DNA of 64,000 bases, from positions 62,001-126,000 of the forward strand of contig NW_026781945.1 in assembly GCF_031769215.1 (NCBI RefSeq). The letters are read 5' to 3'. A program made the translations under genes and the position numbers. The DNA comes from Ylistrum balloti. Its lineage: Eukaryota. Within the stretch, counting starts at the first letter, position 1. Each line of letters starts with the position of its first letter. This document shows, one piece after another, positions 11,176 through 24,000 of the stretch. A model generated the notes under the pieces. It was given only the letters and a program-made list of their open reading frames with translations, was not told the DNA's origin and did no database searches.

Positions 11176-14100
11176 ATGGCTTCCCAGCAGAGGAAGCCGA
11201 TGAAGGGGATCCTTAAATCGTCTTCCAGTTTTGACAAACCAGATCCAATTTAGTAAGAAATAGATATCCGCTACTGTTAATCTTAACATGTGTATACTAA
11301 AAACTTATTTTGGTATCGTGACCTAGAATAACATCGTAGACACAACACACCATAATCAGCTGGCTCATTTGTTATGATTATGAGGGTGCTCATTCCCTGA
11401 CTTTGGGGTTCCAATCCATAGGTGCATGTGGATAAAGATCAGACGATGTGATGCGATTAGAATTGAATTGTGATATAAAAACTTAATCTGTGACTATGTG
11501 TTATATAAAATATTAAATTTATAGCAGTATTTGATAGTTTGTGATAGACTTCTTTCTCCAGACCTGCTTTGCAAAGAAAATTACCTGGAGTGCACTGGGG
11601 ACGTTGAGAGAATATATATGTTTAGATTTAACATAAAACTATGTTCAGTTATTCCTGACACGCTGCTTGTATGGTATATCTGGCTGCATGTTTTGGAATT
11701 ATTTTAATTTTGTTAATACTACAATTTGTGTGGAGATCCCATACGCAAGTACCATGCTCATGTTTGGGTTGCACTAGTGACTTGAAAGCTTTGGCCTTCA
11801 TAGCGTTGTGCAGAATTTTAAGATTCCTCTTATGAAAATCAAGGACTTTGTTATCAAACGAAAACCTCTTATTGCTATTTTCAACTAACCTATAATAACC
11901 CAGAGACATCTAGATAAACTGTGATATCTATCTGGTATTGCTAGCTGTTCGTGTGTAGGTGAAGACTCTGGCATAAGCAGGTCTAGAGACCTATTTATGT
12001 CTCCCTCCAACACACAACATATTCTAATAGCAAGATGTGATATTGCACTGTTTGAGTGCAAATCATCTACCAAACATGTTATCTGCTAACCTATACCTAG
12101 ATTGTTTTCTAACAAAACTAAAGCATGTGTACCCAGAATGAAAAAGATTGCAGTGGTACGCTACCTACACAAAGAAGTTTCCAGGTAAAACATAAGTTTT
12201 CAATGTTTATGCAAAAAAAAATCTTGTCTTATTGTATTCCTGAAACCTGTTATAAATGTTCAAGGATCTATGCCAACATACTTTATCACATGTCCAATAA
12301 CATGTATCAAATAACACTTTCAAGCTTAGTCTTTGTTAAGTCAACTTTTTCCCTTAAAACTTCTGAGTGACATAAAAGAGAAAGGTTATGACATAAGCAA
12401 AATTTCAATCATGTATGTAAATATAATGATATACAATTATATAGAGTTTAGTTAAAGTAGAATATTTCACTGTCAATCAATTAAAAGGGCATCACAAAAG
12501 AATGGATCATTTGAAAAGTTAATGACAATTATTGATCATGGTCAATCTGGCATTGTTTTAGAACTTTTGACTGCTATAAGTAAAACTAGCCTTCAAATCT
12601 GAATGTATCTGATATGAAATGTGTTTTGTATGGAACAAATACAAAGAGGGGAAAAGCTCTTGTACCATTACATGTTTGTATTACTAGATAATTGGTTTTA
12701 TAGGTGCTGATGAGGCAGAATAATTCTTTGACCCTTTTTCGCAAGATGCTGTGGTTTTATAATGGATTTATAGAAAGAAATGTTCACTTTAAAGATTAAA
12801 GTAAAAACATTTTTATGAAGAAGGGCTAACAAGTTTGTTCAAATAAATGATCTTGACATCTCCAGGTAAGGTATTTAGCTGGTGGCACATTTCCAGGAAA
12901 ACTTTTCATTGTACCCGAGGTATATTATATTGAATATCTTCAGTTCTCTTTCAAGGCACAGGTCAAGGATATTTTGGTCTTTTCTTGACAGCTGTAGAAG
13001 TGATGAACAATATAGGTCTATAAGGCATCTTGCTTGAAAATTTCAACTCTACAAATAGATTTAGTGTTGGAAAAGAATGAACATAAACTCATTGTTTAGT
13101 TCTTGGGAGTCAACTTATACAATGCAGATGAAACCCTCTAACTAAGTCTTCTTATTACTTACTAACAAAAAAGCTTACAGGAATTTTATCAGTTGTACAA
13201 AGTCTACAAACAATATCTTTAAACATATTCAGGGTCACATGGATCAAATTTGTTTAAACACACCAGTGATGTCTAGTGATTTTAAAACTGAAAGGGTTCA
13301 TCTTTGAAAATTTATTATATCTTTTTATAAACTGCAAGACCTAGCACATTTAAAACATTGCTTGAAATCTTACTTGTGACTTTTCTCATTTATGTATTGT
13401 TTAACATTAGCAAGTCTCATAAATAATATGTTTAGAATCTCTCATATATACTTCAACTAAACATTTGGTGAGACAGTGTGTCATGTATTAAAAGTAGGTC
13501 ATTCTGACCTACATTTTGACCTCTGGCCTACATCAAAGAAAATGGAAATTGTTAAGGCACTAATTCCTATAGTACTAATCACAGGAACTGTAAACTTGCA
13601 ATATTGGTTCACCACTGTGTGACAGTGTGTAGAATGTAAACAATAGGTCACTCTTACTTATATTTGAATTTTAACCTACATCAAAGAAAATGTTTGTCCA
13701 TGCTCAAATTTCTACACACTATTAGTCACTGGAACTTAATACTTATTGTATGAGTTTACTTTTGTAAAGCAGTGTGTCATGGATTAAAAGTAGGTCAATC
13801 TGAGGTACATTTTTACCTTTGACCTACATTGAAAAAAAGTTTTTCTGAGCTCCCACTTTACTTGTCACTGGAACTTCATACTTAAGAGTGTATGGTCTAT
13901 TGGGCGAGGCAGTGTATAATGTATCAAAAGAAAGTCACTTTCACCTATATGTTGACTTTTGACCAACATTGAAGAAAATGTTTGTCCAGGCACTTTGTCA
14001 AACACTACCATTCACTTGAACTTCATACTTAGTTTATGGGTTCACCTTCCTGAGGTGTTGTGTAACATAGTAAAAGGAAGCCATTCTGACCTATATTTTT

Positions 14101-17100
14101 ACCTTTGACCTACATTGAAGAAAAAGTTTGTCTAGGCTTTATCTCCTACACTGCTAATCATAGAAACCTCATACTTGGTGTAGGGGTATGTGTTCACCTT
14201 TGTAAGCAGTGTGTTGGTGGGTGACTGTAAATTGCCAAATTGTCTTGTTGAATTTCAGTTGAGTAATCTAGAGATGTCTCAATAACTACACAGCCAACTT
14301 CCAAAGGTTAAAACCATAATACATCTGTGTTTAATACATGTTCTAAATCACATTTCTAACTCAAATGTCTATTTATACTTTACAGAAATGTTTGTTTATA
14401 GTAATTCTAGTACTTCGATTGCAGTTGTAGTGCATCACTGCAAACTCAAAGAAGTTCAAACTTGGCCTCTGCCATGTAAAAATCGGTGTAAGATATTAGA
14501 ACAAACAGTAATTTTGCATTTTACCTGTAATCCAGCCACCTGGTCCATTTTGTTAAGTGCTTATTTGTTTGGATACGTATAAGGATTTATGGAGCAGCTA
14601 CATACAATTCTCTGTTTCAGTGACAGTATTTTCGTGTCTTTATTGATGGTCCTGGATGACAGTGTCACAAACCATATCTGTTGTAATCTAATCTGTATAT
14701 AAGTGGCATAAATGAACACCGTCCCACTGGTTATTAATGTGTTACAGGATTGGGATGGGGTATATATATACTATGTACCAAAGAAGGATCTTGATATAGA
14801 GTTGTAGGATATTTTTTGATGTCAAGGTTTTTTCAGAGCCAATATTATGTGGAGTTGTAGGATTGCAGCAAAATTTAGTCTTTATATAATATTGTATAGT
14901 GCTTGTTGGTTGAGTCATTGCTTCTTAATCTAATCCAATTAAATTGTTACTTTGTAAATGTTTTTAGAGACCTGCTTTAGAAAGAAGCAAAAAACGAAGA
15001 AAAAAAATTGTAAGCAGTGTTACTTTTCAGTTTTCTGAACTCAAAAGCAGTGATCTTTTAACAGATTATTATCATGTGTACTAAGATAACTACTAAATAC
15101 TTTCCAGCGTCACCACCACACCTAGGGATGGAAGGAAAGAGATGACATGGGATGAGATGAATATATTGGCCACACATCATCCTGCAGATAAAGATTATGG
15201 CCACATGAAGATAGATGAACCACTCACACCTTACAGCAAATATTCTGACCCTGAAGATGAGGATGGGGAGACACACCAGAGACGCAGCAGCATTAGTGAA
15301 AAAGAGATTGAGCTGAATGCGGAGACGATCGCTTCAAGGTTAAATGATGAAGTTTATTTTATTAAACAAGTTCCTAACTTTGATTGTCTGATGTAAAGTT
15401 AGTGCCATATTATTCAACATTGCTCTCAAGTTTTCAATCCTCTATTAATAATTAGATAGATGTTTAGTATTCATTTGAAATAATCTGTATTCCATATTTG
15501 TTATTCTTACTGTTTTGGACATTTCTACCTTGTGTCATGATTATTTAACTCGTCTGAGTTTTGTAGATTGACACTTCACTGTCACATAATGATAAATTTC
15601 GTTGAATTATGTCACTGACATTTTTCATTGTAACTGTAGTTTGTAATGGCATGGAATTGTTACAAATTCTGCTAATGGGGTATATAGACATATTCCAATG
15701 TAAACATTAACCAGATGACACTGTTTATAGCAAAGATAAAAAAAATCACACAGTTCTTAACAAAGTTCCCCGACCAGAACTCTGCCAGATTCTGTAGACT
15801 TAGTCCTTACATAACATAAATTTAGATCCCTGCTCATTAGAAATATCTCAGAAATGAGATATCAACCCCATCGTTGATGGAAATAAAGTTCAAGATTCAT
15901 AAATAAAAATTTTATAAAATTTCTTCCATTAATTTATAAAGTATTTCCACAGCACCTGTAGATTTGTTGTTATTCAAAGAAAAATGGACGATGTAGCTTA
16001 CCCTGTAGTCTGAGTTTGATTAAAAGGTGAACTATATAGGTGCAATTGATCTCATTTTTTCACAAAAGTAGCTAATTGTTTTCCTTAATATCTTTGTTGT
16101 TTCCAGATTAAATGAAGAAGGCATTAATCCCACTGTGCTTAGAAGTCATGCTTCTATAGAAGAAGAATCGTCTGATGACGAAGAACCAGAAAATCCAGAA
16201 CAGCAAGGTGAAGATATTGAACATTGCAATAGATAGATAGATAGATAGTTAACAGAATATCTTCGTGATGGCCATAAATACATCTAATGGTATATACATA
16301 TGAAGGCAAGGTTTTGTTTAGAATTAGGTCTGATAAGTTTCAGTATTTTGAAATATTATGTATCTCATTAGCTGCTCTAGTATATTGCAGAATATGTAAG
16401 TCTTAAGCTAATTTTCTTTCTCAAAAAGATGTAGGATCAAATGTTTTTGAGAAGGAACCAAGAATTTGTTGTGTGTAAATGAAACACAATCCATTTTCAT
16501 TTGATACAGGCGTAGGATATATATACAACAAATGTTGTAGTTGAGTTTTTGTTTTGTTTTTTTTCCTAAATACAGTTGAAACTCGTGATCTCAAAATCAC
16601 ACGAGTCAAATTCTGTTTGATGCAAAATAATTTCCATGTCTGGATTATTTTCCTTCTTTATCTTTGTAATTTTAGTTTGGATGTCTTCAATTTTCATTGT
16701 CAAAATTTCTTTTGAGTCAAAGTGATTTTACAGCCCCTTCAATTGTAAAGCAAGAGAAAAGTCATTTGTTGTCTCAAAATTGATTACTGTCAAAACATCA
16801 ACATGTCTTCTGAAAAAATCAGTCAATGCATACACTTGTGTGTAACACACGGCTAATTACAGCATATTGGTGCATCGTACACACAACACTTGGTCTCTGA
16901 TGATTAATTCCCAGAATTGTTGGCTTCTTAATCAGTGTAGCAATAACAAGAAGCATGCCAAAACAAGACAAGCTTGGTTGCGTGCATATTGAGGAATAAT
17001 AAAAACAAAACAGTCTAACAAGTACCACCTTTTTGACCAAATCTGATCCCTACAATTCCGATAGAAACTAATTATTGTGCTTGTTTACTTAGAACTGTTA

Positions 17101-18348
17101 CTGGGTATGTTGCTAGATTTGGTGTTTGGACAATGCCGTGCTGAAAGTATCTTTAATTGCTAGAGTCTATATCTGTGCGTGATTTGTTAAGTCCAGTGCT
17201 TGTATAATGTTTACTATAACAGGTAAAAACTTTTTCCATATGTTTATTTGTTCATAGTAAAGTCATGTTAATATGATTTGTAGCTTCATACATCGGTTTT
17301 AGTACCATATCAAAAGTAAATTTTAGTTTTGTTTTATTGACATAAGATATATGATCTATATGTGCTTTGACAAGAGGTAGGTGCACATGTGTGCAGGACA
17401 GAATGAAGTGGGTACAAATGTGGTCGGTCGGTATTGTTATTACATGTTTTGTTATTTGGATGAACAATCAAGAAAACGACAAAGTACAAATCTATTTGTT
17501 TTTGTCAATTTACTGCCATTTCAAATAACAGATTAAATTACGCTGTTTTTACACCTGAGCACTGTGCAGTCGTAACCTGTACCATAATCAACATTAGAAA
17601 ACTGATATCATCAACCTAAATATGAAATTTGAATGAGTCAAAATATTTTCCACAGTCCCTTGAAGTTTTGGAATACAAGTTTCAACTGTACATGTAACAA
17701 ATCATATTAGGAATTCATTTAAGAGTGAGACGGAGTTATCATCAAGAAGGAACCCCTTTGGTCATTGGTTGTTAGTAAATCATTATTCCTTAATACTCCA
17801 AGCACACAAAAGCTATCTGTGGTTTTGCTTTCTCATATGGTATAAGAGTTCACTTTAGTAAGTTAATTGAAGTATTTCTCCTTTGGGAAACCCACAAATT
17901 AAGTTTCCAGCAGGGTATTTTATTAACTTCATCTGTTTCGTAATTGACATATCGCAGTAAGAACAATATACTGTAAACCTGGTGATGACATTTCCTTTGT
18001 GTTGCTGATGAAGGTGTGAATTCTATTGAAATTTCTTTCATTTGATTTATTTTGTGGTCCTTGATTATTGAATTTTTACATATATTGCCTGGAAACATCT
18101 TAATTTGATGTTAAATATCTTTTATTACAGCTGTGAGGAAAGCTTTTGAGCAGAAGAGAAAGCTTCACTACAATGAATTTCAAGCTGTTAAATTAGCCAA
18201 GCAGTTGATGAAAGATGAATTTGATGAGGATGATGATGAGGATGATAATGAAAGTAACAAATTAGAAAATAATGTGACAGACTCAAGTCAGCAGCCAAAT
18301 CAGGATACAGCATTAACAGAGGATAGTGAACGATCGACAGGAAAATGA
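11176..18348 (+). CDS. PPP1R2: Protein phosphatase 1 inhibitor-2, 208 aa
   Basis: Exons 11176-11252, 15108-15338, 16107-16207, 18131-18348 total 627 nt. Motifs KGILK (SILK-type), [40 protein letters not shown] and an acidic tail. Confidence 0.95.
11640..12120 (-). mobile_element. Decayed LINE reverse transcriptase C-terminal fragment (CR1/L2-like)
   Basis: [24 protein letters not shown]...[12 protein letters not shown] resembles the LINE motif YKxLVRPxLEYxxxVWDP...QRRAARF; broken by stops and frameshifts. Confidence 0.7.
13440..14220. repeat. Diverged ~146-bp tandem array, ~5.5 units, in PPP1R2 intron 1
   Basis: Motif CAGTGTG...TAGGTCA...GACCT recurs at about 13475, 13623, 13770, 13911, 14055, 14208. 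Confidence 0.7.
16571..17690. mobile_element. Non-autonomous Tc1/mariner(pogo)-type TIR element, ~1.1 kb, in PPP1R2 intron 3
   Basis: TA|CAGTTGAAACT at 16571 and AGTTTCAACTG|TA ending at 17690 form inverted termini with TA flanks; no transposase ORF. Confidence 0.75.
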
Positions 18349-18839
18349 TATCTAGGTGATTATTGTTAGACTTTGTTCCTAGGTAGCGGTATATGTTCCG
18401 CTGTTGTGTTAAAGCTAGGTTATACATGGTAACCTTTAGCATGGTGTTTGTATGTTGGGTAAAGTAAACGTTAGCTTGTTATGGTGTGTTAATTAATGTA
18501 TACAAATGTTTAGTCTCCATGTTTCCCCAAATGTTTCAACTGTTGTTTACTGGATTCCAGAAAGGTAGTGACACAGATGTTTGATTGACCATTGGTTTAT
18601 TACAGTCTTTGATTAACCTCTTTCCACTGGATTCTGTCCATTGCATGGCAGAAAGGTTGTGTTCAAAGTACAAAGTTTCAAATTTAATCACTGGTGACAA
18701 GAAGGGAATCACTTGTGCAAAGGCCAGATGCCGTCTATTCAAGTGTTTTTTTATAAGCATCTTCACATTGTTTTAAACCCTTTCCTTGTTGACGATTGAA
18801 ACAAACATAGATTTGATAAACAGTAAATATATGTGTATT

Positions 18840-18878
18840 TGTGTGTGTATATATATGTGTATATATATATATATATAC
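18840..18878. repeat. (TG)/(TA)n microsatellite in the PPP1R2 3' region
   Basis: gtgtgtgtatatatatgtgtatatatatatatatatac seen directly. Confidence 0.9.
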
Positions 18879-20872
18879 AGTATTTAATTATGGGTGGTAT
18901 GGGTAGGTGTATATTTTGTTTGGTAATGGGTACATAATCTCCCTTACTAATCCAATTTCATCTCCACTCTTCACTGTTGTGTAAGACCATAGTCAATCTT
19001 TTGACTTACATGGTCTGGATAACCTCTCAACACAAAAAATTTAAGGATTCAAGTTTTGTTGATTGTGAAAGTGATTATGGTAATTAGTTTTGTGGCATTT
19101 TATTACTTTTTTTATTACCAACAGAAACTAATTATTGTTAGTATATTGATTTTTGTAAAAAGTTTAGTTTATTAAAGAAAAATATATGCAAAAAATTAAT
19201 TGGAGACATTTCTCAACCCATATAATTGAATAACACAAATTCTGTACTTTTGTAAACTTTAGCTATGGCTTCGAAGTAGTTGTGAAAGTCCAGAAGATAT
19301 TATTGTGATTCATATTATAAGGTTTGATTAATTAAATCTACAAGAATGTTATTTTATTTCAATCTTCAAATCATCAAATTGCAAATGACGGTTCTCTGGG
19401 ATCTGTTTCAGTCATAAACATGTGACAGTCAGGTACTCGTAAAAACCTCAGTACTGTATTGCAGTGGTGTAATGGTGGCTTCCTGTTTTTTCCTTGTTTT
19501 TTCATCCTGCCAATTTTATTTTCTTCCACACAACATAAACTCTCAAGGAAAAAAGATGCTGCTTATAATCTGGAAAATATGTTTTATCAAATCTGTATGA
19601 TGATGTTTATTATAATGAAAAAATATTCGGAAGTGATTGGTGATAAGCTACCACCTTGTTACTGCCCTGTAAGGTTATTGTAATTCATATTTTGGGGGAT
19701 TTGCTTGTTTATTATGAAATGATGTCACATTCTACTGTTTTCTTCTGCCCATTTCACATATTTTGGGCCTTACAGCAAGTGCTTGTTTTGAATCTATCTG
19801 AAAATGCCAATTTTTATGAGAAGATTACCGGTATGTGTTATTCTGTACAAAATTGGCATTGAATAGTGCAGTGTGAATTTGAGTGGCTTTGGCTTATGTT
19901 GTTTGATTAGCTATGCAAGAATTCCAGTTTAAAAAAAAAATTAGATATCAGTTGGTCAAATTAATCAAGCACAAATGTCTTGCAAAAAGTACATCATCAC
20001 CACTTTGTGGTGTTATTAGGATGTGTTTACATAGTCCCTTCAAGTATGGTTTATCATGAGTCTGTGATGTTTTTTTCTACAAGCATTTGTTTATCTCCCA
20101 GAATACGCCGCTTCGTGTTCAGCCGATCTGAGTTTGTATAAAACTGCTAATGCTTCCAAATCATGTTACAATTAGGAATGGATTATTTTCATATTGGTCT
20201 GTTTGAGAAATAATTTTAGTTTCAGATTTCCAGTAGAAAAGTTGTTACATTTTGAATACTGAGATTGCTTCTTGGACAGGTAAAATTATATGAATGGACA
20301 CCTCCCAAAAATAGCTTGTCTCCACTTTTTAGTACTGAAACTTTCCTGCCAGTACTGTAGTAATCTGGCTTAGTGTAGAGAAGTGTAAGTAATAAAGACA
20401 AAATTGGAAAAATGATGTTAGGGTTTGTTGCAATACGTGTGCAAAATCTTTTTCCAGATTTCATAGATGTGAGAATTGTGAGTTTTTAGTTAGGATTATG
20501 TACTTATGAATCACGTGGCTTGGTGTATTGTTTAGTGATCATGTTGTTCTTTAATGAGATCTGATTGCAGAAATCCTGTGTCTTGTAAAATTGTATAGCA
20601 ATATTGAGATATGTGAATACTGATTTCTACCGGAGTATTTCCTCATCACTCTTCAGCTTTTATTACCGGGTTTGACAATTATTTGATCACCTTGCTTATA
20701 CTTAATAACTTATTCCATCATTTAAAGAGTTATTACAGAAAATATATTGGCAGTGCAGGCTCTTTTTAATGACCCAATCCACCAGCAGTTATTTTCCTAG
20801 GAGGCTATTAATTGAAATAATAATACCCATCAGTGTACATTATAGCTGTTTTCCTCTGTACCATCTCCTATA

Positions 20873-21069
20873 TACTGTAAATGCACTTATTTTAGTGGTA
20901 ATCTTATTTTAGTGCTTTTTGCACTGAAAGTATTGCACTAATAGTCACTTCTGTAAATGGTTTATATGGTGCAGTTATTATTGGTGCAAGAATTTATCAT
21001 TGCACTTGTTTGTTGAAATGTGATATTGTGCAAAAATCTAGATACACTAAATGAAGTACGTTTACAGTA
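20873..21069. mobile_element. MITE, ~197 bp
   Basis: TACTGTAAATGCACTTATTTTAGTG at the left matches the reverse complement of CACTAAATGAAGTACGTTTACAGTA at the right, with a few mismatches; TA flanks. Confidence 0.75.
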
Positions 21070-24000
21070 GTCATGTTTGGATTAGAGTCAATCTGTTTTT
21101 TGGCCATTACTTTCAATTTTGTATACCAGATAAGTTCTTTTATTAAAATGATGTTTCTAAATAAAATATTTTATGCATTAAGTAGATATATTATGCAATA
21201 AAACATTTTATAAAATGTTGTAAATGATATGTTGGATTCATTGAATATCTATATATAGAGATCATTATGTAAATTTTACCACCATTCAAATGTCTTGGTG
21301 CATGACAAAAAATCAATAAAACGACAATTTTTTTATATGTAGACATCAAAGACATAAAACAACATTAAAAACAATATCATTGTCTGAAATATATTGATAT
21401 ACTTTCCCAGTGATAAAATAGAATCAGATATAGCAACAGAAATCATTGATTTTAGACAATAGTTTTATATCTATGTAAATATGTCCTATTTACTTACATA
21501 GACTGCCTGAATAGTTTCATTTGTCAGAATTGTATATCTGAACATGATTATCTGTACATGATGTCAAGTATTTCACCTGTCATAAAAATGCAGTTAAAAT
21601 GAGCTTCAGTAAATTTTGTCGGATTTTTTTAGAAATCCAGGGCATTGTTTCCACAATACTGATGAAACCAGTTACGTAAAGATATAGAGGATTCTCAAAA
21701 TTGAGAAGAAGCATGAGACTCAAAAATCACTCATCTTTACTAGTACAACACTTCAGTCATTTAGGAATTGTCTCAGCTTTCCGCATATATCAGTTTAGGT
21801 TTACATATGATTCATCATAATTGGTAAGTGCTAATATACAGTTTATTACTCTATCTACTTTTATATACAGATGTATTTTTAAAGGATATATCTTCTGTTA
21901 TTTTTAAGATATGTATTGTGAGTAGGTTTATAATGAAGTGCTATTTTTGTCACAAAAATATATTTGCTAAAGCTCCATAACACCAATAAAGGTTATTCAT
22001 AAAAGATTTGCTAACATCTTTGCTAATTCACATCAGACATATTGTTAATACATGTACAAGTGTACTGCAATATTCCAGTAATATCAGATATGTATTATAA
22101 TGTTTATTGTGCTTAATGTGATATTAGGACAGTCCATTTTTGTTATTTTGATACTTTATTTCTGCAAATAGTGACAAACAAAGAATATTTCTCAATTAAT
22201 ATGCTAAGCAAATTACTAAGCACATTGTGAGCCAAAATGAGATGCGAGGTAAAAAATTGAAATGAAAATCGTTGTTTTGATTAATGAAAAAAAATCTACT
22301 GTGATAATTAGAATAAAACAAGTTACATTCCTTTCTCAAATTATGACTATTAGATATAGGTTTAGATTTTAGATAAGAGAATTTGTATGCAAATACATGT
22401 TAAGTGCATATACTTGTAACATGTTAAAGATACACTTGGCACATTTACCCTATATAACTGACAGGTGTGATGAAATTCTGATGCATACTTCAGTGAGTTT
22501 TTCAACTGATAAGTGCGAAATAATTTATGTGAGCATAGTAACACAAATAGTAAAATTAATATTTTAATACCAAAACTTTTTAAATTATTGGAATATTTAA
22601 CATACCAAATTTGGTGGAAAATTGTTTGTCAGGTATTACACTTCTATCCTTTCATGTGTTTAATTCATATTGCTGTAATGTGAGATTTTTTTCTGTGATT
22701 ACATGTAGTTTTACTGCATAATGTGATTGAATGCTTCAGCTTCTACATCTCCTTTTTTTTTTCTTTTTATGTTTTTACAAGTATCAGAACAATAATGAAT
22801 GTTTTGTATTTATTTAGACAATGTTTCCGAAGCTGTGTAAATTTTTCATCCTTTCAGATCATTGAGAAACAGAAACTTTGAATTTTTCCTTAAAATGTTC
22901 CAAAATTATAGTGTAGACAAAGCTTTTTTGTAAGTAACTTTTTATTATTTTGAGAAATGAATTTTGTTTTAAATCTTCCAAAGATAATAGATGATACTAC
23001 ATGGACAAGTATTGTTATCATTGAAATATCGGGAATAAAACCAGCCTCCTTTTATAGATTTTTGAACAATTCTTTCATAAAGATTTACATTAAATTATTT
23101 TCTTGTCTACACTCGGATAATATTTTCATTAAATCAATTAAGTTTTATGAAACTATTTTCACAAAATTTAGGATAAAATTTGTGGAATCAAACAAATATT
23201 TAAACAATGATGACATTTGTTTCACTTTCTGTTATGATCATGATATCGCTCTGAATCTCTTTTGAATCAGACATAATGAAAACAGTCAATAGTGTGATAT
23301 ACATGTTTTATTTCATAGTTTGAATTAAATGTGTATGGTTTCTTTGACAGGATGTAGGAAGTTGATACATACGTCTTATTGTTGTTTCTCTTTGGGTTTT
23401 CTAAACCTTCCTGTCCACTGACATTGGCCAGTGTGTTTTGAGGTAATGGTAACATACTATGCTAATTTCTATAGATTCCATCCGAAATAAATGAGATTGA
23501 ATATGTTTTATCATATCGTTTTTATTTGTAATTTTCGTAAGTAAAAAATCTTGTTGTTCATTTGTTTGTAACTATGGAGATCTTTAGTACTTCACAATTG
23601 AAATGGACATATCATTTATACATGTTGAGTAAATATGTTGATTTGAAACAGTGCTTGTAATGTGGATATTGATGTAGCTGTAAATACATCAAATGTAATT
23701 CTGTAGTTCAGATTTTGAACAATGAAACCTCAGATGTTTGAATTCTAAGTCTAAGATAAGCATTGCTAAATATTAAAATATGTAATGTTACCTACTAGTT
23801 TTTATTTTTACTACAAAATAAAGCATACAACAATGGATACACTAATGAATAAATTACTCATCACAATTTTTTTCAACAAATGACTTTTAAGCATTGTTTA
23901 TTCCTTTTGTGCCTTTTTAAAACATTTGGAACAAAATGAGGCATTTTCTATTTGTTTCCTTTTTTTCGTAATATTCAAAATTTGAAGAAAACTAACACAA

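Noticed and set aside
22860-23460. Possible decayed Helentron/LINE endonuclease (SDIMIITES-like) on the minus strand, and the 102-aa plus-strand ORF
   Set aside because: Many stops and only one weak motif in very AT-rich sequence; not supportable without a profile search.
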